A stretch of DNA of 57,289 bases from Andalucia godoyi And28 (taxonomy: Eukaryota > Protista > Jakobida), in NCBI GenBank assembly GCA_009859145.1, contig VRVR01000059.1, forward strand, positions 114,443 through 171,731, given 5' to 3'. Every line of letters begins with the position of its first letter. Positions within the stretch are counted from its first letter, which is position 1. The notes below the pieces were generated by a model. The model ran no database searches and was not told the DNA's origin. It was given only the letters and a program-made list of their open reading frames with translations. This document shows, in pieces, positions 1 through 10,791 of this stretch. Position numbers and translations under genes: made by a program.

Positions 1-435
1 GGAGGAAAAGAGTAGTTCAAGAAGTACTCCTTTTTTGTTTTTGTTGACTAAAGTTGTATGACACAAACCACGAGTGTTTCCCTTTCCGCACACTTGCGGT
101 ATGACAAGAAAAAAAACCCACCACCACTCCGCGCGCACCACCAACCACTCCGTTGCACGCCGCCGCTAAAACGCAACACCGTGTGCACGCACCGGCCGTT
201 TCTCCACTACCACCGGTGCGCAAGCCCCCCCCGTTCTCCCCCCGTCTTATCGAAAAAAAGGGGGGGTTGGGGGGTTGGGGGGTTGGGGAAGAAAGTTGCT
301 ACCCAAACCAGTGAGGCGGGATTTTCGTTCTTCACAAAGACACGGCGGGCATTCTGGCGTGATGTTCCTGTAACACGTGTGCTTGCATCTCGAGTGCACG
401 TTCGAAGACGGAAACAGACTGGGGAGGGGAAAGTT

Positions 436-1032
436 ATGCGAAAGATCGCGCGTTTTCCCAGCTCGGTTTCCAGCAGGTGGTCTGTGGCCTGCCTGCAACT
501 CGAACGGACGTGGCGCCGCGTGGCCATCTTCGATGTCGACCTTGTGCGAGGGAACTTGCTGCGGGGGCTGAGCATTTCCTACACGCGGTGCAAGAAGACG
601 AAGCTCGGCTGGTGTTTCGCGCTCTTTTTGCTTGCGTGTATGAGCTGTCCCGATTGCTCTTTTTGGCATCGAGGATACCTGTTCCCCTTGACGAGGGAGC
701 GGTTCTCAGGGTACCTTCGTGTACAAACCTGGTGTGAAGAGCGGTTCAACCTGGGCTCGAGTTTACAAGATTCGCGTATCGGAGTCGGCCCGCTATCATC
801 CACGGATTCTCCGGTATCTGCTGGTATCACGGCCTTTATATGGCAATGCCCTGATGCTCACGCTCAGTCTGCTTGTTATTTGGTACACATGTGCCTGCAC
901 CGTCGCGAAATGGAAGTTCCATCAACAGAGGTGTGGAACCTCAAAGTGGAATGTTCGCAACCAAGGCGATTGCTGCCGGGCCTCCCAAACTGCATCATAT
1001 CTCCTCTGCCCTCCTCTTTCACATTCACTTGA
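436..1032 (+). CDS. Possible orphan ORF (198 aa from ATG 436), Cys/Trp-rich; coding status uncertain
   Basis: Open frame 58-1032 with first plausible ATG at 436 after a low-complexity leader; no family motif recognised. Confidence 0.2.
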   Translation: MRKIARFPSSVSSRWSVACLQLERTWRRVAIFDVDLVRGNLLRGLSISYTRCKKTKLGWCFALFLLACMSCPDCSFWHRGYLFPLTRERFSGYLRVQTWCEERFNLGSSLQDSRIGVGPLSSTDSPVSAGITAFIWQCPDAHAQSACYLVHMCLHRREMEVPSTEVWNLKVECSQPRRLLPGLPNCIISPLPSSFTFT

Positions 1033-1371
1033 GAACCAAGTATATGCTTCTTTTGTTTGTTGTATGAAGCAACTCCTTTTTTTCCTTCACCCCGTTACGA
1101 TTTCCTCTCCGTTCTTGCTCTCTCTCTCTCCTTATGCTGTACACGCACTCTACTTTCTTTCACACTCTGCAATATTCTTATTTTTACCAGTTATTACCGC
1201 GACATTGCCACCCCCCCCCGCCTTCTTTTCGTTGTCTGATTTTAAATTAATTTTATTTTCAGAGTTTTTTCCATCCCTGTTTCAAGCGAATTGAAAAAAA
1301 AGAAGCGTCTTTTCTTGTTGAGCAAAGAAAGAGAAAGAAAAATACAATACGCCACAACGGTCACTTCCGTC

Positions 1372-4300
1372 ATGTCACAGCCAACTGGTTCAAGCTTCAC
1401 AGGAGTCCTTCCTCTGGACTGGAGGAATGTAATTCCCCAGCTGACGCTCTCGACTCTCACGGATCCCGGAGGATCCTTCTCCATGCTGTCTACTCCCATC
1501 TGGATGTACTCGATGGAAAAGAACCGGATGGTCTGGGCAAACCGAGCTGCGCTGGACATATGCAGGCATTCATGTGGGATCCAGTCGCTCCCAGAACTCG
1601 GAGCCTTCGTTCTTCGTGACGGTACACAGCGACACATGAAAACAATCAAGATGGCTATCGAGGAGAAAATCAAGGTCCAGGGACTCCTGGGAAACCGAGT
1701 TGACGATGTGTGGTATCTTCCATCCAACCGACCGACTGTCGACTTTCGGCTCAAGCTCTCAGGATCCATGCGTCTTGTCTCCTTTGTCCGCTTTCCGGAA
1801 ACGTCGCCGGCTTCTCGCCGTGTCTCGGTGGCGGCGCCAACACACAGCGTTACTTTTCAGAACAATGGAAGTGGCGGCAACAGCAGCCAGGCTGGTGCGG
1901 ATCTCGCAAGTTGGAGGTCGTCACATCATGGAGCAGGAAGCCCTGTGGTTTCGACTCCGACTGTTTCTGAACATGAACGCGACATTGCAATTCTTATTGA
2001 AGGGTCGTTTGAAACACACGCAAAAGTCGCAGAAGTGATGTCGCAGTTTGCCCAAATTCATGCTGAAATACCGTACAGCGAAGCCGCGCAGGACGAGGTG
2101 CTGAAGTCGCAGAATCCAATTTACAATCCAATGTTTGTCCTCAAGGATTCTGTTGCATGTCCTGTTGCGATCTTCCAGATGAGCAACGCAGAGCTGATCG
2201 ACAGCAATGTTGCGTTCCGACGGTCCTTTGTAGGACATTTAACCACCAATGACGTCGACCCGTCGTTCAAGAGCTTCTATGACATCGTCAAGGACACGAG
2301 CATGCTTCGCATTCTGTGGCGCAGAATCAAGACGGTGTTCGAGTGCGACACGGGAAATGTTGCCGAAGCCACACTCCCCGAGTTGTTTTGCGTCGAAGGC
2401 GCGGATGACACAGGTGCCAACCGTTCCGAAGACAAATTGCATGCGCGGCGGCGCAAGTTCTGGTTTGAAGGGACTTGCAGATTGATGTGTCGGTGCAAGC
2501 CAGAGCCAGAGACCTCTGTGCTGGCGCACTCCTTCAAAAAAGGCACCGGCGTGTCCCCACCAATCTTACGCAATCAGCGACGCCACGAAAACGATCTTGT
2601 TGTCATTACGTTCCGAGACGTTTCAGATCGACACGCGGCACTCGAGGATGCGAGAAAGGTCAACGAACTTTTGCGCATTTGTAACCACGAACTTCGATCT
2701 CCGTTGATGGCGATTCGACTTATCGTCGCAATGTTGTTGACAGAGACGGAATTGACGGAGTTCCAAAAAGAACACCTGTTGTTGATGGAGTACAACACCG
2801 AGGCCAATCTTCGGCTTGTCAATTCGATGCTTGTGAGTGCCCGTGCAGAATCTGGAAAGCTCGTTCTTGAAAACTCCAACTTTCCGCTCCGCGATGTCGT
2901 CAAGAAGTCCTGCCTGACAGTTGCGAAAGCAAACATTGAAAAATCGGATCGTGTCACGCTGAACTTCGTCATTGACGATGCGGTTCCGGAAATTGTCTTT
3001 GGAGATTCCATCAAGGTGCGCGAACTTGTCATCAACGTCACAATGAATGCGTACAAGTTCACCAATGTCGGAAGCATTGATGTCCATGTTTCGGTGGCCA
3101 GCCGGTCCCCGCATTCTAACCAAATCGTTCTCAAATTCGAAGTCCGCGATACCGGTTGCGGTATTGACCCGCAGGATCGTGAGAAGCTGTTTGTAGAATC
3201 GTGGGTTCAGTTTTCACAGCGAGATCACGAGTTTGGCTCTGGACTCGGACTGCACATCTCAAAGATGCTTGTGGAGCTCATGGAGGGGGAAATTGGTGTA
3301 CGCGACAACCCATTCGCTCCTGTTTCCGGATCGGTCTTCTGGTTTACCATCAAGGTGCAAACGCCGCAGTATATGGAACCTTCCGTGTCAAAGGCCTCGC
3401 GAGTCCGTCCTCGAAGCATGTCGTTTGCTGGCAGGCCTGGGTGTCTGTTGCTTCCCCGACGATCCTCGACTGCTGCAGAACTCGGTTTCGCTGCTGTTGC
3501 CGAGCCAACACAGCCTGCGGCCATGATGGAGCGCGACAAACCGGCAGCCTTTGATTGGTCTGTGGACGACACGCAGCATTTGACGAGCGGGAATGATGTG
3601 ATCGGCGCGACGAAGACAGTCCGGCTTGAAAACGGTTTCAACACCCCCATTGCAGTGGACGTCAGCTCCGGAACCAGCGCCGTCATGGCGATGTCGACCA
3701 CCTCGCCTGCCACGGCTGCGGGTGTGGTGGATTCAAAAGGATCGTTGCCCTCGACGGGCACTCGCAATTCGTCTGGACACAGTTCCATACTTTCGTGGAT
3801 GAGCCGTTTTCCAGTCTCGCACATCGAATTGGACGTTCCACCCGACTTCCAGCACAACCGCAGACGATCTTGTTTCCCACGAATTCCCATGATGTCCTGG
3901 AAAGCCGTTCCTGCGCATGTCCGGCTGAATGTTCCGGCAGATCATGCTGAAGATGGAAAGAACGTAGTGAAGGGACAGCGCTCGTCTTCGGGCGCAGGAG
4001 TTCCAAATCCCGGTCCAGGTTCTGGTTCTCATGCAGCGAAGCAAATTGTCCTCCAGGAGCTTCCGCATCTGCGCATCGTCTTTGTGGATGACGACCCGAT
4101 TGTCCGTACTCTGTGGAAACGGAAGTTGGAAAAAGGCGGACACATTGTCGAAGTCTTTGACTCGGCACAAAAGGCGACTAAGGTGCTGCAGTCCACTCCC
4201 TTTGACGATCCGCTGTTCGACGTCGTGGTGACCGATCTCATGATGCCGGCTGTAGACGGCTTTGATTTTGCAAAGTCCATCCGCGCGCTGGACCATCCGC

Positions 4301-4599
4301 ACTCGCAGGTGCTCATTTTTGGCTGCACGGCTTCCTCGGACCCTGCCGACCACATGCAGTGCTTGGCCTCTGGAATGGACGGCGTGCTGGAAAAGAGCTC
4401 TCGCCTGACCGACTTCGAGGAGCTCTTCCTCAAGGTCATCCGCGGCGGCTCTCCCGCCATCCCAATGAGGTCCGTCTCCAACGCGAGATCCTACCGCGCC
4501 GCGTCCGCCGCCAAGGCCTCGCTCTCCAGCTTCCAACACACCATCGATCGCTCCATTCGCGCACATCACATCCAATCGCTCTCCTCCGAAACTCGATAA
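1372..4599 (+). CDS. Hybrid sensor histidine kinase/response regulator (PAS-like x2, HisKA, HATPase_c, REC)
   Basis: H-box ICNHELRSPL, N-box NVTMNAYKFT, G1 EVRDTGCGI, G2 FGSGLGLHISKMLVELMEGEIGV; receiver VFVDDDP...TDLMMPAVDG...GCTA...GMDGVLEK. First ATG of the 1291-4599 frame is at 1372. Confidence 0.92.
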   Translation: MSQPTGSSFTGVLPLDWRNVIPQLTLSTLTDPGGSFSMLSTPIWMYSMEKNRMVWANRAALDICRHSCGIQSLPELGAFVLRDGTQRHMKTIKMAIEEKIKVQGLLGNRVDDVWYLPSNRPTVDFRLKLSGSMRLVSFVRFPETSPASRRVSVAAPTHSVTFQNNGSGGNSSQAGADLASWRSSHHGAGSPVVSTPTVSEHERDIAILIEGSFETHAKVAEVMSQFAQIHAEIPYSEAAQDEVLKSQNPIYNPMFVLKDSVACPVAIFQMSNAELIDSNVAFRRSFVGHLTTNDVDPSFKSFYDIVKDTSMLRILWRRIKTVFECDTGNVAEATLPELFCVEGADDTGANRSEDKLHARRRKFWFEGTCRLMCRCKPEPETSVLAHSFKKGTGVSPPILRNQRRHENDLVVITFRDVSDRHAALEDARKVNELLRICNHELRSPLMAIRLIVAMLLTETELTEFQKEHLLLMEYNTEANLRLVNSMLVSARAESGKLVLENSNFPLRDVVKKSCLTVAKANIEKSDRVTLNFVIDDAVPEIVFGDSIKVRELVINVTMNAYKFTNVGSIDVHVSVASRSPHSNQIVLKFEVRDTGCGIDPQDREKLFVESWVQFSQRDHEFGSGLGLHISKMLVELMEGEIGVRDNPFAPVSGSVFWFTIKVQTPQYMEPSVSKASRVRPRSMSFAGRPGCLLLPRRSSTAAELGFAAVAEPTQPAAMMERDKPAAFDWSVDDTQHLTSGNDVIGATKTVRLENGFNTPIAVDVSSGTSAVMAMSTTSPATAAGVVDSKGSLPSTGTRNSSGHSSILSWMSRFPVSHIELDVPPDFQHNRRRSCFPRIPMMSWKAVPAHVRLNVPADHAEDGKNVVKGQRSSSGAGVPNPGPGSGSHAAKQIVLQELPHLRIVFVDDDPIVRTLWKRKLEKGGHIVEVFDSAQKATKVLQSTPFDDPLFDVVVTDLMMPAVDGFDFAKSIRALDHPHSQVLIFGCTASSDPADHMQCLASGMDGVLEKSSRLTDFEELFLKVIRGGSPAIPMRSVSNARSYRAASAAKASLSSFQHTIDRSIRAHHIQSLSSETR

Positions 4600-4786
4600 T
4601 TCCCCCGCCTCTTTCGTCTGCCGTAGTAGGCCACCCCCTTCTCTGCGGCAATTTTTTCCCTCGTACATAAAGAAAGAATCTATAGATTATATATGGAAAC
4701 CTCAAATGCACTCAACCTCGACTTTTCGTGTCTCTGTCTCTTCTCGCTCTTGCAAAAGCAAAAAGCATTGGTTCCTTTTCGGTTCC

Positions 4787-4988
<202 letters not shown>

Positions 4989-5077
4989 CTTTCTTCTTCA
5001 GTCTCCTTCTTCACCCTGTTGGTGGTGCTGCTGTTTGTTGTCCTTGACTTTGGGTTTGTCGTCGTGATTTCAGTCTG

Positions 5078-7205
5078 ATGGGAAAGTCCGCTCGAGAACG
5101 TCGTAATCGAGACAGATCTCAGCCTACAGGAACTGTGTCTCCGGCCGAAGCGGAGCGAATTGCCTCCATGGACCCCGAGCTTCAATCGACTTCTCTTCCG
5201 ATTCTGGACAAGGTACGCTATCCTTTTATTTCGGATCTCCCCATGCACCGATATATATATATATATATATATTTGTTATTGGTAATGATGACGACTGTTG
5301 ACGAATGATGCTTATTTTATTATTATAATCATTATTTTCGGTTGAAAACGCATATAATTAACGTAGCTCAAATCTGTGGACGCGTCGGAACGAGTGGTCG
5401 CATTACACTCTCTTGCATATCTTGTCGCAGAGCACTCGGAGATCCTGCTCAAAAATGGTGTTTTAGGGCTTCTGGTGGACGCGCTGCATGATCCAGAGCT
5501 CGAGGCACGCGCTGGTGCGTGTGGAGCGATCCGAAACTTGTCCTTGGTTGCTGCAGAGTCCTTCGAGGAATCAGTTCTGGTTCAAATTGCAGATTCGCTT
5601 CGTGTTTTGATTCCCAGCTTGATCCAGAAGCTTGATGATCTACTGGCATCTGGCGGTTCTCTTGGCCATCGGCAAGCCGAACATGAAGAGTCTGCAGTGC
5701 CAGTGCCAATGTCAATGTCAATGTCAATGTCAGCGGATGTCGCAGAAGAAGATGCAGACACGTCGGAGCCAAAGCGGCATGGTAATCGAAAGCGCCACGC
5801 TGACGATCCTGATTTGCTGGGAAACGTCCTGGAAGAAGCCCTGGAGGTTTGTGTGTCGCTAGGAACAAACAGCCATGATTTCCTCGGAATGTTCTTGTCG
5901 GTAGATGTTGGATTCTTCTCAACGCTGATTGCAGTTGTAGAACGTGTTCCAACGCTGGCTTCGGACCTGATGCGGTTGTTTTTGACCATTTCGGAAGAAA
6001 ATCCGCAGCTGGCTGCCGAGATCAAGACGGAGATCGTTCGTGTATGTCAGCATGCTGTGTCTGTACCAGACGACGTCTTTCCATTCCCCGTCCGTGCCTC
6101 TGTTGAAACGATTGACGCATCTGTTGGCCTCTTGATCCGAGTTCAAGCAACGGGTGTCTTGCTCAATCTCGGTGCAGAAATCGACGCTCTGAATCATCCC
6201 TTGCTGAACCACGTCATTTCCCTGGTACCGCAATCGGCCCATTCGCTGAAAGAAGGAGACAAGCACCTTGCTGCAGCATCGGTTGCACTGGAAATGGTTT
6301 CCAATGCTCTGGTGTCTGAGAATGCGACAGTGGATGCTCGCAACCCTGTGTTTGCCATCATCATGGATTCCTTCCTCTCTCTTTTGCATTCTTTTGCTTC
6401 ACCAACGTCCGTGCAAGACATGAGCCATGATGCACAAGTTCTGCTCATTCGTTTTGCCCAATGTTTGCAGAACGTTGCCGCTGCCGTCGATCCGTCTTTG
6501 CTGGTGCTTCTTGGGAAAAAGCTGCTGCTGCCCATGTTGCGATTCCTTCAAGTGTTCGCGCAAGTGCATTTGAAGCGCAATGCGGCATCGGAGGACGAGG
6601 CAGATGTCAACTGGGACAATATCGCGAGTTTGTTCGAGACTTTCCTCACAGCATCTTGGCTCCTACTCCAGGAATCTCCCGGCGAGACAGTGTCTGCTGT
6701 TGGGCTGACGTTCGACGATGTATTGTTCATCTGCCTCTTGGCTCGAGATCCGATGGTTGCGCCGTTGTTGCCACTTCCGAATCAGATTGCGACCGAGTCT
6801 GCGCTCACAACGGATGCGCGATCAGCATGCTTCGGACTGTTATCCGCTCTTGGAAGCATTCCGCACACCTTGGAGCAAAATGCATTCATTCTCGATGCAC
6901 TGGTGTCCGCCTTCATGTCCCAGTCTTTTGCGAAGATTGTGAAAGCGGAAGCCGCCAATGTCTTGTTTGACGTGTATGCGGACGAAAAGTACGATGCCAA
7001 CCTCGCGAATCCTACAGTTCTTCAGGCCGTCCAGCATGTGGTTGCCGACTTCGACGCGTATTGCTGTTCCCAGTCCTCCTCAAAGAAGGGTTCAAAGAAG
7101 AACCGCGAGCCGTCGGAAGAGGAGTTTCTGCAGGAGCGCGTGCAGGATATTGTGGAGAACCTGCACGCCTGGGTGGCGTACAAGCAGCAGTCAATGGCAA
7201 AGTAA
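5078..7205 (+). CDS. HEATR3: HEAT-repeat protein 3 / Syo1 (symportin for RPL5/RPL11); exons 5078-5212 and 5367-7205
   Basis: Spliced N-terminus MGKS...PILDK|LKSVDASERVVALHSLA...GACGAIRNLS and C-terminal EAANVLFDVYAD...NLHAWVAYK match HEATR3/Syo1. Confidence 0.85.
5213..5366 (+). other. Spliceosomal intron (phase 0) in HEATR3
   Basis: GTACGC donor, AT-rich body with (TA)n, TTAACGTAG acceptor; splicing joins the 5078 and 5376 frames. Confidence 0.85.
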
Positions 7206-7420
7206 GGAATAGTAATGGGGACTGGACATGCCGAAAGATATATGTGTGCGTAAGAGAGATCACGTTTTGAGTGACGTTCCCCCCCCCCACACACCTTTTC
7301 TTTCTTTTATTATTACTCCTATTATTATTACTACTACTACTACTATTTCGGTGTTCATTTGTCTTTGTTTTTTGTTTTGAAGGGATTGCAATAGACGCAA
7401 CATGACTTCTCTTGTTTACA

Positions 7421-8968
7421 TTAGGATCCAGAGACAGAAAGCGTTTTTTGATCTTGCGGCACGTTTAGAAGCTCCACCTTCGATGGGTCACGTACCGCTT
7501 CTTCTGTCACGCGGACATAGTTGAATGGTGATCCGGGCGTTTCAAACATGGCGTTCATGAGAAGATGGTCCAAAATAGATCGCAGCGCTCGTGCACCAGT
7601 TCCGCGCTCGATGGCAAGTTTTGCGATCTGGTTTAGTGCCGGTTGGGTTACTTCGAGGTGAATTCCAGACATTGCGAACAGCTGGCGATACTGTTTGAGC
7701 AGAGCATTTTTGGGAACACTTAGGACGTGGACCAGATCAGCTTCTGATAAGGAGTTCATTGTGCACAGGATAGGACATCTGCCAATAAACTCTGGCAGGA
7801 ATCCGTACTGCACCAGATCCTGCTGCTCAACTTTGGATAGCCAGTAGTCCTCCTGTTTGGCCCTTCCCGATATGGAGGCCGACTGCGATCCGTACAGCAC
7901 ATCTTCGACTTCAGTGGCGCTTGGGTTGTCGAGGTCGGAAGACGATGAGAATCCGATTCTGCGGCCCGCAAGTCTCTTTTCAATTACCTTTGACAATCCA
8001 ACGAACGCCCCAGAGCAGATGAAGAGAATGTTCTTTGTATCCAACGTCAGCACTTCGCCGTGGGGATGTTTTCGCGCACCGTTGAGCGGAACCGCAACTC
8101 GGTGACCTTCCAGCATCTTGAGGAGCGCCTGCTGCACCCCCTCGCCCGACACGTCTCTAGTGATGGACAAATTTGCACTCGACTTTCGCGCAAGCTTGTC
8201 AATCTCGTCAATCAGGACGATGCCTCGCTCGGCTACTTCTGTATCGAAATCCGCTGCTTGAAGGAGTTTGTGCAGCACAGATTCAACGTCATCACCGACG
8301 TATCCTGCCTGGGTTAGTGTGGTTGCATCTGCAATGGCCAGCGGGATTTCCAGCAGCTTGGACAGCACCTTGGCACACAGCGTCTTTCCCGAACCGGTGG
8401 GACCCATGAGCAGGACATTCGACCGCTCAACCTCTACTGCATCGTCCTGCAGCGACATCAGCTGGTCGTGGTTCATTCCAGGTGCATGTTCACTGGAAAA
8501 GAATCTCGGGGCCGTGAACGTGTTCGACAAGTATATTCGCTTATAATGGTTGTGCACCGCCACCGACAGAGTCCGTTTTGCCTCGTGCTGGCCCACGACA
8601 TAGCGATTCAGCGCATCGTACAGGTCTTTTGGTGACGGAATCCCCCTCCCTCGCAACCCGGTTGTCGTTGTTGTCGGGGTGCTATGCGCGCCTCCAAACA
8701 TGTTGCTGTCCACTGATCCCGGCGAATTCTTTCCAAAGTAGTAATTTGGATATGCACTGTTGCTGTTACTGTTGTACACAGAACTGGTCGGCGTTCCCGA
8801 AAATGACTGGTTATTTGCACTGCCCTTCGGAGCCGTCTGGGTCGCTGCAGAAGGCGCATTGCGAACCTCGGACTGCTTTCTCAGCTGTGAAGAAACGTTC
8901 ATTTCATATACATTGTCCACTCCTCCACCAACGACGCACTGCGCGCGCCCGCTCGACCTCCTTGGGTC

Positions 8969-9001
<33 letters not shown>

Positions 9002-9148
9002 TGATGATGATTTCGACGGCTTCGATGAAAACGTTCGAGCTGGAAAAACACCGGCAGTACTATCCGCAAAAACATCCGATACCAAAGAAGCGGTACGTAC
9101 GTACGTACATGCGGCCGATCTGTTCCTGCATGTCCACCTCGCAAACAT
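7421..9148 (-). CDS. CLPX: Mitochondrial ATP-dependent Clp protease ATP-binding subunit ClpX
   Basis: [26 protein letters not shown], Walker A GPTGSGKT, Walker [29 protein letters not shown] and IGF loops; Arg/Ser-rich presequence-like N-terminus. Confidence 0.95.
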
Positions 9149-9683
9149 TTCAGCACACCTCGCAAAAAAAATTAATAATAATAATAATAATAAATTGAAC
9201 AGACTGAAGGAAAAAAGAACCCAAGAAGAAGAGATGCTGGCCTTTCCTGATCCTCGTTTTGTATGTGGTCTTTTGCCGTGGTCGTTGTCGTCGTTTGTTT
9301 GTTTGTCGCAGCCTTTTAATTAAAAATAATAATAATAATAGTATAGATGTCATTTGCAGTACAAGTTTCACTCACAAATGCGGAGTCGGAGGAGTCGGGT
9401 CTTTGCCTCGTTATGGAAGCGTGGTTGCCATTGCAAGTTGCAGACTGGAGCACTTCCACCAGCCGATAACATGCTATCGTACTCGGTCACTGCCTATCGT
9501 ACCCCGTGTCTCCATGCACTTGAGACTTGCCGCTTTGAGACTTGAGGCCTTTTCAAAAATCCGCAACTCATCAGTCATCGCATCGCGACAAGATAAATGA
9601 CTGTATGTGTTTTATTTTATTTTATTTTTATTTTATTTTGTTATTGCTGTTTTGTGTGTGTGTGTGTGTTGGAGGATTAGTAT

Positions 9684-10754
9684 ATGGGAAACGAACCAGG
9701 CAAGCAAGCCCAAGGCCGCGGTCCGCATCACCAGCCTTCCAATTCGGCCTTGTCGTTTCCTTCGACGTCGCCGAGTCCCGGTCCGGCCGCCGCGCCTCGA
9801 GTTGCTGGGTCTTCTTCTCAGCCCCAGTTCTCACAGAGCACCCCCGGGAACTCACCGCAGCCGAATGCACAGCCTGTGGCAAGCTCAGGGGCGGGAGCCG
9901 CGCCTCTGTCGAGGAAGTTTGCGAATGGAGTGTCGTTTAACATGAAGATTCTTATTCAAGGGGCATCGCGAACGGGGAAGACGACGCTTTTGACGCGGCT
10001 GAAAGGCGGTAGCTTCGCGGAGCTGTATACGCCGACGAAGAATCTTAATTCTGGACTGATTGAATGGAGCTTCAAGACTTCGGACGAGCTTGTGATGGTC
10101 GAGATCCTGGACGTTGTGGATGACCCAGCGATGTATGAGGCGAGCTCGCAGATTTCACAGGCACAGCTCGATGCAATCCGAAAGTCTGCGTCGATGAAGG
10201 GAGGCAGTTCGAGACGATCAGGCAGTTTTGTGATTGCAAATGCACCGATTGATGTGTACAGAAATGCAAGTGGCGCAATCGTCTTGTTTGATCTGACGCG
10301 CCGCGACACATTTGATCGTGCAAAAGAGATCATTTCCGGGATTCCAACGTCGATTCCTGTCCTGCTGATTGGAAACTTTATTGACATGGCCTCCACGAAC
10401 GGAGATCGGGCTGTCGATCGTCACGAAGTCGAGGTTTTCGCAAAGAAGGCTTCATCACGAGAGCGATCCGCAGTCTACTATTTGGAGACATCGCAGAAGA
10501 ACGGGTATGGATTGCAAGCGCTGCAGTCGTTTCTCAACATCCCGTTTTTGAAACTCAAGGTCAAGTCCCTCGAGTCCATCTTGAATGACACAAGGATGGA
10601 TTTGGAAAAGTGTGCCGAAGAGGTATCCATGCTTGTCTCCGAGCAAGACTATGCAAAGTATTCCATCATGCTGCAGGAAACGCAGAAGAATAAGAGGCAG
10701 CCGTCAATGACCAGTGTTGTCGTTGCGCCGCCGCAAAAGTCTGCGTCTGCGTCT

Positions 10755-10791
<37 letters not shown>

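Noticed and set aside
9345-9545. Short duplicated motifs (GGAGTCGG, CTATCGTAC, TTGAGACTTG) and small ORFs between ClpX and RABL6
   Set aside because: No snRNA, tRNA or protein similarity recognised; compatible with an ordinary bidirectional promoter.
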